In this document: positions 51,401 to 64,000 of the stretch, piece after piece | Position numbering within the stretch: position 1 is the stretch's first letter | Layout of the letters: the number at the start of each line of letters is the position of its first letter | Assembly (NCBI GenBank): GCA_043228905.1 | Contig: JBHGNT010000020.1 | Span: 434,001 to 498,000, forward strand | Direction: 5' to 3' | DNA length: 64,000 bases | Source: Azolla caroliniana | Taxonomy: Eukaryota; Plantae; Polypodiophyta | Notes under the pieces: generated by a model | Seen by the model: the letters and a program-made list of their open reading frames with translations, nothing else | Databases searched by the model: none | Told to the model about the DNA's origin: nothing | Position numbers and translations under genes: made by a program

Positions 51401-54194
51401 AGTAGTGGAGACTCGGCCGTGCATTCCCTGCGCAGGAAGCCGAGGAGACAGCTTACACGCAAAGAGAAAGGGAAGAAGAAGGTGTCGGATTCCGGCACGG
51501 ATAGGAACGAGTCAGACCGACGCGAGTCCGACTCCGAGGGAACCGGTGACGGGTCTTTAAAGGTGAAGACCGCGTCGACCGAGAAGGCCTCGACATCGGC
51601 TAATGTGAGATTACGCCGATCTACCCGCCAGAAGAATCCTGTTTTGCGGTTCGGATACAACGAGTACATGGCGCATCATTATGCGTACATGACCCGTGTA
51701 GCGGAAGTGCATGAGCCGGAGAGCTACGCAGAAGCGGCTAAAAACACGAATTGGCGTGCCGCGATGGAGGAAGAGATGCACGCATTGGCGGAGAACGAGA
51801 CCTGGGACCTGGTTGACGCACCAAGAGGGGTAAAACCGATCGGGTGTAGGTGGGTGTACAAGGTCAAGTACAACACCGATGGCTCGATCAACTGGTACAA
51901 GGCTCGGCTAGTGGCAAAGGGCTACGCGCAGAAACACGGCATCGACTACGATGAGATGTTTGCGCCGGTCTCGAAAATGACGACCGTCCGTGTTTTGCTC
52001 GAAGTAGCCGCGGCCAAGGGGTGGCACCTACATCAAATGGATGTAAAGAATGTGTTCCTGCAAGGTGACCTTGAGGAACAGGTGTACATGGTACAACCCC
52101 CCAGATTTCACTCCGGAACGAACTCCTCGGCAGTATGCCGACTGAAGGAGTCCCTTTACGGACTGAAGCAAGCCCCGCGTGCCTGGAACGTGAAGATCAC
52201 GCAACAATTGTGTCGGATGGGCTTCGTCACGTCAAAATCGGACTCTTCCCTGTTCATCCGGGAAGGTTGACTCGGACCGGTTAGTATTTTACTATATGTT
52301 GATGACTTGGTCATCACCGACGTCGACCTAGGTGAAATCAACCGCGTGAAGCTCAAGCTTGCAGCATCCTTCGACATGAAGGATCTGGGGGACCTTCATT
52401 ACTTCCTTGGGATCGAAGTGATCCGTACCCCCGAAGGCATATTGATCAGCCAACGTCATTACGTGCTGGGTATGCTCTTCAAACTCGGGATGGCCAACTG
52501 TAAGTCCGTCTCGAATCCTCTGGACAGAACCGTCAAGCTTCGTCCCGATACGGGAAAGGTATGCGACCCGACGAGGTTCCGACAAATTGTCGGAAGCCTC
52601 ATATACTTGACCATCACCCGACCCGACCTCAGTTATCCAGTCGGGGTGATCAGTCAGTTCATGGCGCGACCTACTGAGGAGCACCTTCAGTGTGCGCAAC
52701 GCGTACTGCGGTACGTAAGCGGCACTAAGGACCACAGACTGCTATATCGGACCGGTGCAGCCGAGCAGTTAGTCGGCTACACCGATGCTGATTGGGCTGG
52801 CAATGCCGCCGATCGCCGATCCACGTCCGGATACGCGTTCTCCCTCGGGAATGCCGCGATCGCGTGGAGCAGTAAGAAGCAGCCGACAGTTGCACTGTCG
52901 AGCACCGAAGCTGAGTACCGAGGAGCGGCTGTCGCGACATGCGAAGCCATATGGTTAAAGCGGCTACTTAAGGACCTGCAAGAGGACATGTCAAATCCGA
53001 CGACAATCTACTGCGACAACCTTAGCAGCATCCAGCTCGCGAAAAACCCCGTTTTCCACGCACGGACCAAGCACATTGAGGTGCACTACCATTTCGTCCG
53101 TGAGCGTGTCCTTTCCGGTGAAGTCGAACTTCAGTACGTTCCGACGGATCGGCAGACTGCCGACATCTTCACCAAGCCTCTTGGTCTGGACAAGTTGTGG
53201 CAATTCTCAGGTGCGCTCGGATTGCGTCACCTCGACGTGCCAAACTTGAGGGGGAGAACTGTCCTGAACGACCAAGCAAGGCAGCAGGAAAGGAGCGGAG
53301 ACCGCGACACCACCGAGTCGGTTGACTCGGTTGTCGAGTTCGACTACTTCGGATCGGCTGAAGAAGCCGAGGGCGGACCCGCGGAAAAGTTCGGAAGAGG
53401 ACAGAAGGGGAGCAACCGAAGGAAGAGCCGAAGCCAACCACGCATGGGGAAGATGACGCCACCGAGGGCGAGAAGACCGAAGACGAGTTGGAGACAGCCA
53501 ACTCGGACGAGAGCGAAAACCGATCGGGTGTAGCTGAGTCGGTTCGGATGTTTAATTCAGATACGCTGAATCAACCGAGGCCCAAGCGGAAGAAAAGGCA
53601 GCAGGAGAAGCGTCAACACCGCAACAACAGAAGAGCTGATAAGGGCCACATGAGCAGACAAGCCGACCGGAAGGGTCGAAGCGCGCGGAGTCGAACAGGT
53701 CGAGAAGCACGAGCGAGGCGTAAAGCCAGGAGGAACCGGAGCTGTGAGCCCGAAGATCCCGAAGAGCCTCAAGTTGAGCTTGAGGGGGAGTGTTGAGAGA
53801 CAAGCTCAACATCGGCCGGATCGGCTGAAGAAGCCGAGGACCGGATCGGTTGGGACCGATCGGTTAGGCCGAGTGCGTAAACCGGGAGGTCGCTAGGAAA
53901 GATATTCCGTGAGGAATATATTTTGGAGTTAGTGTAGGAGCTCTTAATGAGCATTGAAGTACTGTCAGTACTTCTGTCAGTCCTTCTAGGACTTGTATAA
54001 AAGTGTTCATTGAACACACATATGTATAGAGTGGTGAATAGAGATTGTGTACTTCTGTTATATATTTTTGTGTCTTCTCTCTCACTCTCTCTGTCTCTCC
54101 CACGTATACCGTGTAAGCTCAAGATCTCCATTGAACTTGAGTTTCCTTCCTTCTGTTCCGTCTTCATACTTGCTTCCGCACGTTACTTTCTACA
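48484..54194 (+). mobile_element. Element E: full-length Copia (B family) inserted in the B2 5' LTR
   Basis: 404-bp LTRs 48484-48887 and 53791-54194 (~6 differences). TSD GGACT (48479-83, 54195-99). PBS TGGTATCAGAGC at 48888; PPT before 53791. gag from 48958; WYIDSGAS; INT; YVDD; ADIFTK. Several TAG/TGA stops. Confidence 0.96.
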
Positions 54195-54249
54195 GGACTG
54201 ACAGAAGTCAACCGATACACTTATCTTTGATTCCATTATACATCCAAAT

Positions 54250-54351
<102 letters not shown>

Positions 54352-55895
54352 CATAAACTCAATTCAAAAAATAACTCTAACTCTATGTGTACATCCAACG
54401 TGCTAAACAACACTATTTATACAAGTCCATAAAGGACTGACAGAAGTACTGACATGTACTTCAATGCTCATACGAGCGTCTGACACTAACTACGAGACAT
54501 TAACTACCTAGTAGTCTAGGCTGCTACTAGGCTTCATGTTATTCCTTGATCCGGCTAACTGGCTCCCCAGCTCACCAGCTCACTTGCTCACCGGCTCATC
54601 CTTCCGGATGCCGATCCGGCTCAGGCTTATTTAGCCGATCCGGATCCGGTTGAGCTTGCCGCTCAACAACCTTGTGTTTCATCATGAAGGCTGGCCCTTT
54701 ACCGGTCTTCCAGGTTCTGGATCCTTCCGATCCTTCCACGTAGTGGGAGCTTTGCCGGTTTGGCCGGATCCGGATTTGTCCGAATCAGTGCACTTCTTCC
54801 AGCACTCGCTTTCCTTGTGGCCCTTTTTTCCACAATACCAGCATTCCGTTTCGGCTTTTCCTTGCTGACTTTCGACGCCGCTTTGACTCCCCCTGCTTGT
54901 GGAGGGTCCGGAATTGCTGTCGGCACCATCTATGTGCCTTCGGTTCTGCTCTTGCCAGTTGCCTCCATTGCGTGCCAACCCACCTCGTCCACCATGTCCA
55001 TGGGGTCGATCTATCTCCGTGTATAGCATCCGATCCTTTGATTGAGTGGTCCTCGACCCACTTGCGTGGTTTTCTTCGATCATCAGCATTGATTGCAAGT
55101 CAAAGAAAGTTGGTGGCTTCTCCTAGGTGCAGATCACTGTTCGGATTGGCCCGTACCTTTGTGCTAGACCACCGAGGCCGATTTGTACCATCTCATCTTT
55201 GTCCACCGTCACGTTGATGGACCCGAGTGCATCACAAATCTCCTTTATTTTGGTAGTGTCATCCATAACCGACATGTCTCTTTGCCGGATGTTGTTCAGC
55301 TCTTGTCATAGCTGCAACTTACGGGCTGTGGTCCTCCTTGCTCCCATACCGGGAAGTCCTCGTGTGCCGGCTTCGGCTCTACCTTGTTCGTTCGTTCCAC
55401 GAAACTCCAATATCCATGCCCCAACAAGTATTGGTGGATCTTGTATGACCAGAACGCGTAGTTGCTCCGGTCGAACTTCTCTGTTAGAACTGAACTCACC
55501 ATACCTCTGTCCATATCTTCTCTTTGTCTGTTGTTACCGGGCTCTAGGGTTCGTCTAAGAAAGCAAGAGTCGCGGCAGAGGTTCTCAATCCTCGCACTTT
55601 GATACCATGTTAATGTTAACGTGTGGAAGTGTTAGACAAAACCGGCTCAGCCGGATAGCAACAAAGAATAAGATGAAGGTTTAATGGAGAAGCTTAATGC
55701 ACAGAGAGTATACGTGGGAAAGATAGAGAGAGCAAAATGTAAATGTAGATTCAAAAAAATAATAACACTTTGTAACTCTGTACATACAACGTGGTAAACA
55801 ACACTATTTATACAAGTCCTCAAAAGGACTGACAGAAGTACTATGTATTTCAATGCTCATATGAGCGACTGACACTAACTATGAGACAATGATTA

Positions 55896-58800
55896 TGTTG
55901 AGAATCAAGCTCAACTTGGTCTAGTGTGTGAACTTACCTTGAGAGTGAAGAGACACTCCAACGGTCAAGAGTCACCATTATGTCACCACTTTGTATTCTA
56001 GCATTTAGTATGAGTCATAGAATCATATTCTATGACACCTAACTTATGAGCTTTCACATTCCCCATGCTCCATGAGGGTTGTAGTTAATGAAGAGAGAGG
56101 GTGACTACATAAAGCACCCTCCTCCCACCTTGTATAATGTTGAGTCTTTTTCCTTTGTCAATATACTTTTACCTTGCGTATTCTCTGTGTTTCACTCTCT
56201 CTCTCTCTCTCTCTCTCTTACACACACACATAACTCACATCTCTTCCGCTTCACAAGAATCCATCTCTTGATTCTTTACATGGTATCAGAATGATTTGGT
56301 AGCTCGATCTAGCCCATTCGCCTCATTGTGATCGTGTGTTGTGCTCTACGTTGACGACCAAGAACCGGCTCATAACTATCGTAGCTTTGCTACATAGCTC
56401 GCATTCGAAGAGAGAAGAAGAAGAAGAAGAAGAATCGACATAATGAATACTCAAATGGGGAGCGCTCTCCCTACCGAGAAGTTGGATCGAAACAACTTCG
56501 CATCTTGGGAGTACAAGATGCACCAATACCTTGTCGGACAAGGCTATTGGAGCTACATCAAAGGAGCGCATGAAGACCGACCCGCTGAAGCGGCTCCCGG
56601 ATACGTGACATGGGAGCAAGCCGCAAGCCGCGTGATGTATTGTTTGGCGACATGTGTTCACGACCACATGCTCGGTTACATTCGAGAAGCCAAGACGCCG
56701 AAGGAAGCGTGGGAAAATCTACGAAAGATTTTCGCCGCCAACACGACCGCGAGGAAGCTTCAACTCCGCCAAAAGTTGAACAATATTCAACAAAGGGACA
56801 TGTCCATCACGACATACACCTTGAAGATCAAGGAGCTTTGTGACTCGCTCGGCTCAATAAGCGTAAGTATAGATGATGATGAGATAGTGCAAATATGCCT
56901 CAGCGGCCTCACACCATGGTTCGGCACGATGCGAACCGTCGTTCTAGCACGAGAGAAATCTCCCTCCTTCTTCGAGCTCCAATCAATGCTATTGGTCGAA
57001 GAAAACCACGTGTGTACAAGGAGAAATGAGTCGGAAGGCCACATGCTCTACACACACTCTAATGGAGGAAGAGGACGTGGACGAGCGAGAGGCCGATTCG
57101 GCCAAGGACAAGGCGGACGAGGTCCGACCTACGACAACAACTCCCAATTTCGGCCGCAAAATGGAGGTCAACGAGGAACCTTCGCAAGAAGGGGGAGCTT
57201 CCAATCCGGCCCGAGCTGTCAAAACGCAACCGAATGCGGATATTGCAGAAAGCTCGGCCACCACGAAGAAGAGTGCCAAAAGAAGATGCGTGAATCGGCT
57301 TCCACAAGCTGACAACTCACGAATTACGCACACAACTCTGACTACGAAGATCGTGGCGGAATGTATGCACACAACTCCGACTATGAAGATCGTGGCGGAA
57401 TGTATGCACACAACTCCGACCGTAGCGGAATGTTCATGATGAAACATAGAGCAAACTCTATGTCGGCCGCTACCTCAACTAGTGCCTCCGGTCCGGAAGA
57501 CGTATGGTTCGTCGATTCCGGTGCCTCAAACCATATGACATCGCATCAAGAATGGTTCTAAGCTATGTCGAAACCGGAGACGACACTACGCATCCGATTC
57601 GTCACATTGGCAATGTTCCGTTCGGAAAAGAAGGTAAGAAAAATTACATTAAAAATGTCTTGCATGTACCAACCATTACTAAGAATTTGGTCTCCGTCGG
57701 CCAAATTGTAGAGCAAGGGATGCAAGTTCAATTTAATCAAGGCGGTTGCTTCATCGAAAAAGAGGGCTGACTCATCGCATGTGGAAGAAGAGAGGGCCGG
57801 ATGTTCATTCTCGATTCACGCGAGATGAAATCCGCCATGTTCGCGAAAAACACGAAAGCCAACTCCGACATAGAGTTATGGCACAAGCGAATTGGCCACA
57901 TCAATCTCAACAAACTCAAAACAATGAAATTGAAAGGATTCGTCATCGGACTCCCGACATTCAAAGAGAAGGAGATTGAAGGTGTATGCGAAGCGTGCCA
58001 ATTCGGCAAGCAACACCGACACCCATTCCCGAAAGAGCGGAACGTGAGCAAAGGTCTACTCGACATAGTCCATTCCGACGTATGGGGACCGGCGTAGACG
58101 GCTACCTTCGGCGGATGCCGATATTACGTGCTCTTCATCGACGACTTCTCTAGGCACACTTGGATCTACCCGATGCGGCAAAAGAGCGAAGTGTTCGGAC
58201 ACTTCCAAAATTTCAAGAATGAAGTCGAGAAAGCCATGGGCCGACATGTACGATGCCTTCGATCGGATGGCAGCAAGGAGTACTTCTCGGACGATTTCAC
58301 GGCGTATCTCCGAAAGGAAGGAATTCGGCGAGAATTCACTTGCCGACACACTCCGCAACAAAACGGAGTAGACGAGCGCAAAAATCGGCACATCCTCGAA
58401 GTAGCGCGGGCCATGATGAACGAGAAGCATATGCCCAAGTCATATTGGGCCGAAGCTACAAATATGGCCGTCTACCTAATGAACCGATGCACAACATCCG
58501 GCGTGCACGAGGTCACTCTGCACGAAAAATACTTTGGAAAGAAGCTGGACTTATCGCACACCCGGATATTCGGCGCGATAACGTACGTGCACATCCCCGA
58601 CGAGAAATGTCAAAAGCTTGATCTGAAGTCGGAGAAATGTATCCTCGTAGGATACTTACTAGAGCAAAAGGGGTACAAGTGCTACAACCCCTCAACTCAA
58701 AAATCTCGAGTAAGTCGAGACGTCGTTTTTGACGAGTTCGCATCCTGGTACGCACCAGAGACAACTCCGACCCCCTCTCCGCTCGATCAGGAATCCGCCG

Positions 58801-61297
58801 AACAAGAGATAGAGGATGAGGATCGCCTTACGCAAATGTTCGAAGAGAGTCCGATCACGACCCGACTGAGCGGACCACAAGAGCCTATGAGTGATCAAAG
58901 CACATCACGGCCTAGCCCGAAGATGGACAAGGGCAAGGCGAAAATGGCGGAATACGCAGATGATCGTTTCGACGACGATGAGTCGACTCACTCACTCGAC
59001 AGTGAGTTCGGTGGCTTCGATGTACCAATCGGAGCTAAGAAAGCCCTCATCTCAGCAAATGAAAAGCTCTGTCGCTCCACCCGTGAAAAGAACCCCATAA
59101 GCCGATTCGGCTACAACGATTATATGGCATACCATTACGCCTTTATGATGAAGGTGGCGACAATACGGGAGCCAGAAACCTTTTCGGAAGCTGCGAAGGA
59201 CCCGCGATGGATCGAAGCAATGAATGAGGAGATGTAGGCACAACAGAAGAACGAGACGTGGGATATCATTTCCACCTTACCACACAAAAAGGCGATCGGA
59301 TGCAGATGGATCTACAAGGTGAAGTATAACGCCGATGGCTCCGTAAACCGCTACAAAGCTTGACTCGTAGCGAAAGGATACGCTCAAACACATGGCGTCG
59401 ACTACAAAGAGACCTTTGCCCCGGTGGCAAAGATGACGACGGTGCGGACCGTAATTGCGATTGCCGCGGCGAAAGGGTGGCACCTCCATCAAATGGACGT
59501 CAAGAACGCCTTTCTACAAGGCGAATTAGAAGAGGAGGTGTACTCGAGCACTCGTCCAAAAGCCGTATGCCGACTCAAGAAGCCACTCTACGGCCTCAAG
59601 CAAGCACCGCGTGCTTGGCATTCGAAGATAACGCAATATCTTCATCAAATCGGCTTCCGTATGTCAAAATTCGGACAACTCCCTCTACATACGAAGCGAT
59701 TCCGCAAGTCCGATTGTCATCATCTTATATGTGGATGACCTAGTCATTGGAGGTGAGCATCTCGTCGAAATCATTAAGGTCAAATCCCTCCTTTCCAACA
59801 AGTTCGTGATGACAGACATGAAGGAGCTCCACTACTTCCTCGGCATCGAGGTAATTCAGACTCCGGCCGGAATCATGATCTCTCAACGGCACTACATCCT
59901 TGGGATGGCTGAGTGCAAATCCGTGGCAACCCCGCTCGATCATAATCTCAAACTAGATGCGAACTCCGGCACAAAAGCGTGTGAGCTGACTCAGTATCGG
60001 CAACTCATCGGGAGTCTCCTCTACCTCACGATCACACGACCCAATCTCAGTTATCCGGTCGGTCTCCTTAGCCAATTCATGCAAACACCGCATGATACTC
60101 ACTTGGATTGCGCTAAGCGAGTTCTACGATACGTGAGCGGCACAATGGATTGCGGTATCCTCTACAAGACGGCGATGTCAATACGAGTCGAGGGGTACAC
60201 AAACGCCGATTGGGCCGGCTACAAAGCCGATAGAAGGTCAACCTCCAGATTTGTTTTCTCCCTCGGCAGCGGAGAAATATCCTGGAGTAGCAAGAAGCAG
60301 CCTACCGTCGCTCTTTCAAGTACGGAGGCGGAATACAGGGGCGCAGCCGTAGCTGCATGTGAAGCCGTATGGCTCAAGAGGATTTTGAAGGATCTGGGCG
60401 TACCCATCAAGGATCCGACCTCCCTTTACTGCGACAACATGAACAATATCTATCTGGCTCGGAACCCGGTGTCCCATGCGCGGACAAAGCACATCAAAGT
60501 GCACTATCACTTCATTCGAGAGCGCGTTCTGGCTGGCAATGTCGACCTACAACACATTAGCACCAGTCTTCAAACGGCCGACATCTTCACTAAAGCCTTA
60601 GGAGCCGACAAGCTATGGCAATTCATGACCGATCTCGAATTGACAATCCCTGACCTGCCAAGCTTGAGGGGGAGTATTGAAGACACTACGCAATAATGCG
60701 TGGATTCCGCAACCATGCAAAGAAGCAGCGAAGAGCCGATCTACCACACAAAGCCGCGAAGAAAGACGCAAGCCGAAGCACAGACTTCGCACAACGCAAG
60801 CTGGAGCACGGATTCCGCAACTCCGCATAAAGCGAGCCGATGCGGACTCCAGAACGCGAGTTGAAGCGGATTTCGGATACTGTATGAAACCGACCCGACT
60901 TGAGCTTGAGGGGGCGTGTTGAGAATCAAGCTCAACTTGGTCTAGTGTGTGAACTCAACTTGAGAGTGAAGAGACACTCCAACGGTCAAGAGTCACCATT
61001 ATGTCACCACTTTGTATTCTAGCATTTAGTATGAGTCATAGAATCATACTCTATGACACATAACTTATGAGCTTTCACATTCCCCATGCTCCATGAGGGT
61101 TGTAGTTAATGAAGAGAGAGGGTGACTACATAAAGCACCCTCCTCCCACCTTGTATAATGTTGAGTCTTTCTCCTTTGTCAATATACTTTTACCTTGCGT
61201 ATTCTCTGTGTTTCACTCTCTCTCTCTCTCTCTCTTACACACACACATAACTCACATCTCTTCCGCTTCACAAGAATCCATCTCTTGATTCTTTACA
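55896..61297 (+). mobile_element. Element F: full-length Copia (related to B/E) inserted in the B1 5' LTR
   Basis: LTRs 55896-56280 and 60917-61297 (~5 substitutions). TSD GATTA (55891-95, 61298-302). PBS TGGTATCAGA at 56281. gag from 56443 (MGSALPTEKLDRNNF); PR, INT, RT and RNase H with stops. Confidence 0.96.
57325..57432 (+). repeat. 39-bp in-frame tandem repeat (YAHNSDYEDRGGM x~2.5) in the gag-PR linker of F
   Basis: TATGCACACAACTCCGACTATGAAGATCGTGGCGGAATG repeated. Confidence 0.9.
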
Positions 61298-61498
61298 GAT
61301 TACCTAGTAGTCTAAGCTACTACTAGGCTTCCGGTTCGCACTCGAATCCGGCTCCCCGATCTAGCCGGTTGTTTTCGGATACCATCCAACTACCGATCCG
61401 GCTCATCCTCCTGGATGCCGATCCAGCTTTGGCTTATTTAGCCGATCCGGATCCAGTTGAGCTTGCTCGCTCAACAACTAGTAACCGAACGGTGACGT

Positions 61499-62802
61499 TG
61501 TCGTGTGGTTTTTCACACACGATATGAAAACCATGTAGAAAAATAATGAAATAATTATTTTAGATTAGATTAGTAGCTTGTTATAGAAAGATGGATGTAC
61601 TCAAGAGCTTTAAAACGCATTTCACTACATACAAAATGGAAGTTATGAGAACATGGAGTTTGAGAAGATAGAGAAAATAGAACTATGATTTATCCCACGT
61701 AGATATGAAACTTAAGGACTTGGCTATATAAGCACATTGAGATCCCTAATTTTTCATTTGTGCTAAGAGCATTTTGGCCACTTTGACTAGATGGATGAAT
61801 GTGGCCAAGTTACCAAAAAACCAAACTGGAACTGGTTGGAAAGCTAACCAGAACCAGCAAGAAAGCAAAATCGAAACCAGCCGGTAAGCAAAATCGAAAA
61901 TCGGCCGGTAAGCAAAACCGAAACCGACCGATAAACAAAACTGGAAATCGGCCGATAAGCAAAACCGAAACCGGCCGGTAAGCAAAATCGGAAATTGGTC
62001 GGTAAGCAAAACCCGAAACTGGCCAGTAAGCAAACCGGAACCGGCGGCGGAGCCAATGAGGCGGTGACAATCGGCGACCGGACGGAACCGGCGGTCGGAC
62101 AAGGCTGGACGCAAACCGAACGGATGATAGGATCATGTGGCTAATTAAAGTGAAGTGAAGAAATCTAAAGTAAAGGTCATGTGGACGGTCGCATGCAACT
62201 AAAAGAAAAAGCTATGCAACTAAAAGTAAAGGCCATGCAACAAAAAGTGGACATGCAGATGATCAAGGGAGAACTCCATATAAAATTCCATTTTTTTTCC
62301 TACACTCATGCTCTCTCCATATTATCTTAATTGTTTTTCTTTTCCTTCTGAGCTCCCTTATCTTATCGAAGCCATAAACCCTAATTTCCTTACGAAAGCC
62401 ATAAACCCTAAATTTCCTTACGGAAGTCATAAACCCTAATTTCCTTACGGAAGTCATAAACCCTAAATTTCCTTACAGAAGCCATAAACCCTAATCTTCC
62501 CTACGGAAGCTATATCTCTCAAAATCTAAAATATCTTATCAAAGCCAAAAACCCTAAATTTCTATTGAATCCATATTTAGTTTCTTCTAATCTATTATTC
62601 TAGTAATCTCCATTAGCTAAACTTTTTGTAATCTCAATCTTGAGATTGATTGTAATCTTTCTTTCCCTTTATTAATGAAATTTGTGAATCTTTCTCATTT
62701 TGTATTAATTGTTTAATATAATCATACGAATCTGATATCTTCCGGTCGGAGACCCTAGGGTCCTGCCTCAAGTTCACGTATCCTCGTCGTATTTTCGCGA
62801 CA
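61499..62802. mobile_element. Element G2: second solo-LTR-like copy (TGTCG..CGACA), 4-bp TSD ACGT/ATGT
   Basis: Colinear with G1. Flanks 61495-98 ACGT and 62803-06 ATGT (one CpG transition). Shorter AACCG array at ~61815-62045. Confidence 0.85.
62371..62510. repeat. Five 27-28-bp tandem units, each containing a telo-box (AAACCCTAA)
   Basis: GCCATAAACCCTAA(A)TTTCCTTACGGAA at ~62371, 62398, 62426, 62453 and 62481. Confidence 0.9.
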
Positions 62803-64000
62803 ATGTCCCCCGACACAACGGCCAGTGTAGCGACCAAACCAAACTCGATCGCAACGGAAACAAGAGAGTGTCGTGACCTAGCAAGAATTGGCCTTACTGG
62901 AAAAGTGATGGAGCGGTTACATCAATCCATTGTTGGATTGTGTGTCTCCAACCAACATAGCCCCAACACAATCGGATGTCGGGGGTTTGCGATGAGGTAG
63001 AACGTGAGTTCCTCCTGGTGTGCCTTGACTTAAAGTACCAATGGGATAGTGGCTTCGGTAACCGCCCCTGAAGAGAGAAGTCGGTTGTCGATTGCTTCAA
63101 CGGATATGGGTTGTGATGTGTGGAAGGTGGGGATATTATGTGCATGGACAAACAATTTATCGATAAAGCAAGTAGATGCTCCGGAGTCAAGCAAGGCATG
63201 AGAATTTATTGAAGCCGAACCAAAACAAAGACTTACTTGCAAAGAAAACCCTCCTAATGGCGAAATGGACTTGTAGGAGCATGGAGAAGGTGAGTAATGG
63301 GAAGTGTCCAGCGGCATGGCTCCTACTGCAGCCGGACTTGGTCATTTTCCTGTTGTCGAGGAACCTCCGCAAGACGTGCACGATAGAATTGGTGCCGCAG
63401 GCCCCGCATCGGGCAATGGCGGATGACATGGCCGGGGTTGCCACAATAGAGACAGAGTCTATTGTTCCGACGATGTTGGCGTTGGGCTTCAGTTAGTGGT
63501 TGGAACCGAGCATGGTCGATCTCCATCGGGGTATGGAAATCGACCTCCGTCATGGTATGGTTATCATTGAGTGATGGTAAGGTTGGCTTGGGAGACAAGT
63601 AGAGCCTAACGATTGATGTGTTTCAGGAAGAAGCTTGAGACCCGCAAGTCCCCCGTTCTTCTTGACGAAATTCGAAGAGACGATTGTCACACTGAACATC
63701 TTGGGAGATTACTTGAGACAACGATGTGGGCTCTAAGAAGTTTAAGAGAAGGGTCTTGACATCGTTTCAGAGGCCACGACGGAAATGGTCGTATAGGGCT
63801 TGGTCATCCCAACTCACATTGCAGGCAATTTGACGGAACTTTGAGGCGTAGACCGAGGCTAGATGTGAGCTTTGTTGGAAAGAATAAAGCTTTGTGAGTG
63901 CCGTTCTTCGCCGGTCTGTCTCGCCAAATGTCGCTTCGAGCTCCACAATGAAAGCAGTGAAGTTTTCTAAGAGAGGAGATGACGTCTCGATCAAGGGTGC
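62803..64000 (-). mobile_element. Element H (Tcn1-like Gypsy): gag and protease; continues past the window end
   Basis: gag F..ELEATFGE..YASKFRQIA..WDDQAL..FRRGL, PMEID, CLYCGNPGHVIRHC. Protease ALLDSGASTCFID..IVLGLCWLETHNP is in the -1 frame relative to gag. Confidence 0.9.

Noticed and set aside
43635-53812. Many antisense ORFs over the Copia pol regions
   Set aside because: Shadow ORFs of GC-rich coding sequence with no recognisable domains.
62371-62510. Interstitial telomere
   Set aside because: Single telo-boxes inside 27-28-bp units, not a (TTTAGGG)n tract.

Overview
Eukaryotic nuclear DNA from a land plant. It is most consistent with a non-seed plant such as a fern (inference from the PLS-class PPR style, a P-clade-like MIKC* MADS gene, a Tcn1-like chromovirus and an RTE/RTE-X-like LINE). 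The left ~17 kb holds three genes: a decaying PLS-E PPR gene (+, one CGA->TGA-type in-frame stop), an intact PLS-E PPR gene (-), and an MIKC*-type MADS-box gene (-) that I reconstructed by hand into 11 exons and 354 aa, including a predicted 7-nt micro-exon. From 20.3 kb to the end is one retrotransposon nest. A Tcn1-like Gypsy element (H) is split by ~42 kb of insertions: Copia A, B1, B2, C, E and F, chromovirus D, a LINE, and two solo-LTR-like elements G1 and G2. Most junctions have readable target-site duplications (TSDs), and nesting reaches five levels (H>B1>B2>C>D). Most unusual signals: (1) a Copia family whose Pol continues ~200 codons past RNase H as an acidic-then-basic tail lying between two polypurine tracts; (2) a LINE family whose two copies both end in a hairpin plus a (CT)n tract, one inside a pre-existing (GA)n; (3) repeat-array solo LTRs with 4-bp TSDs; (4) a chromovirus whose two LTRs both end in TA rather than CA; (5) three independent insertions within ~75 bp of H. 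All alignments and counts were done by eye; no database searches were run.
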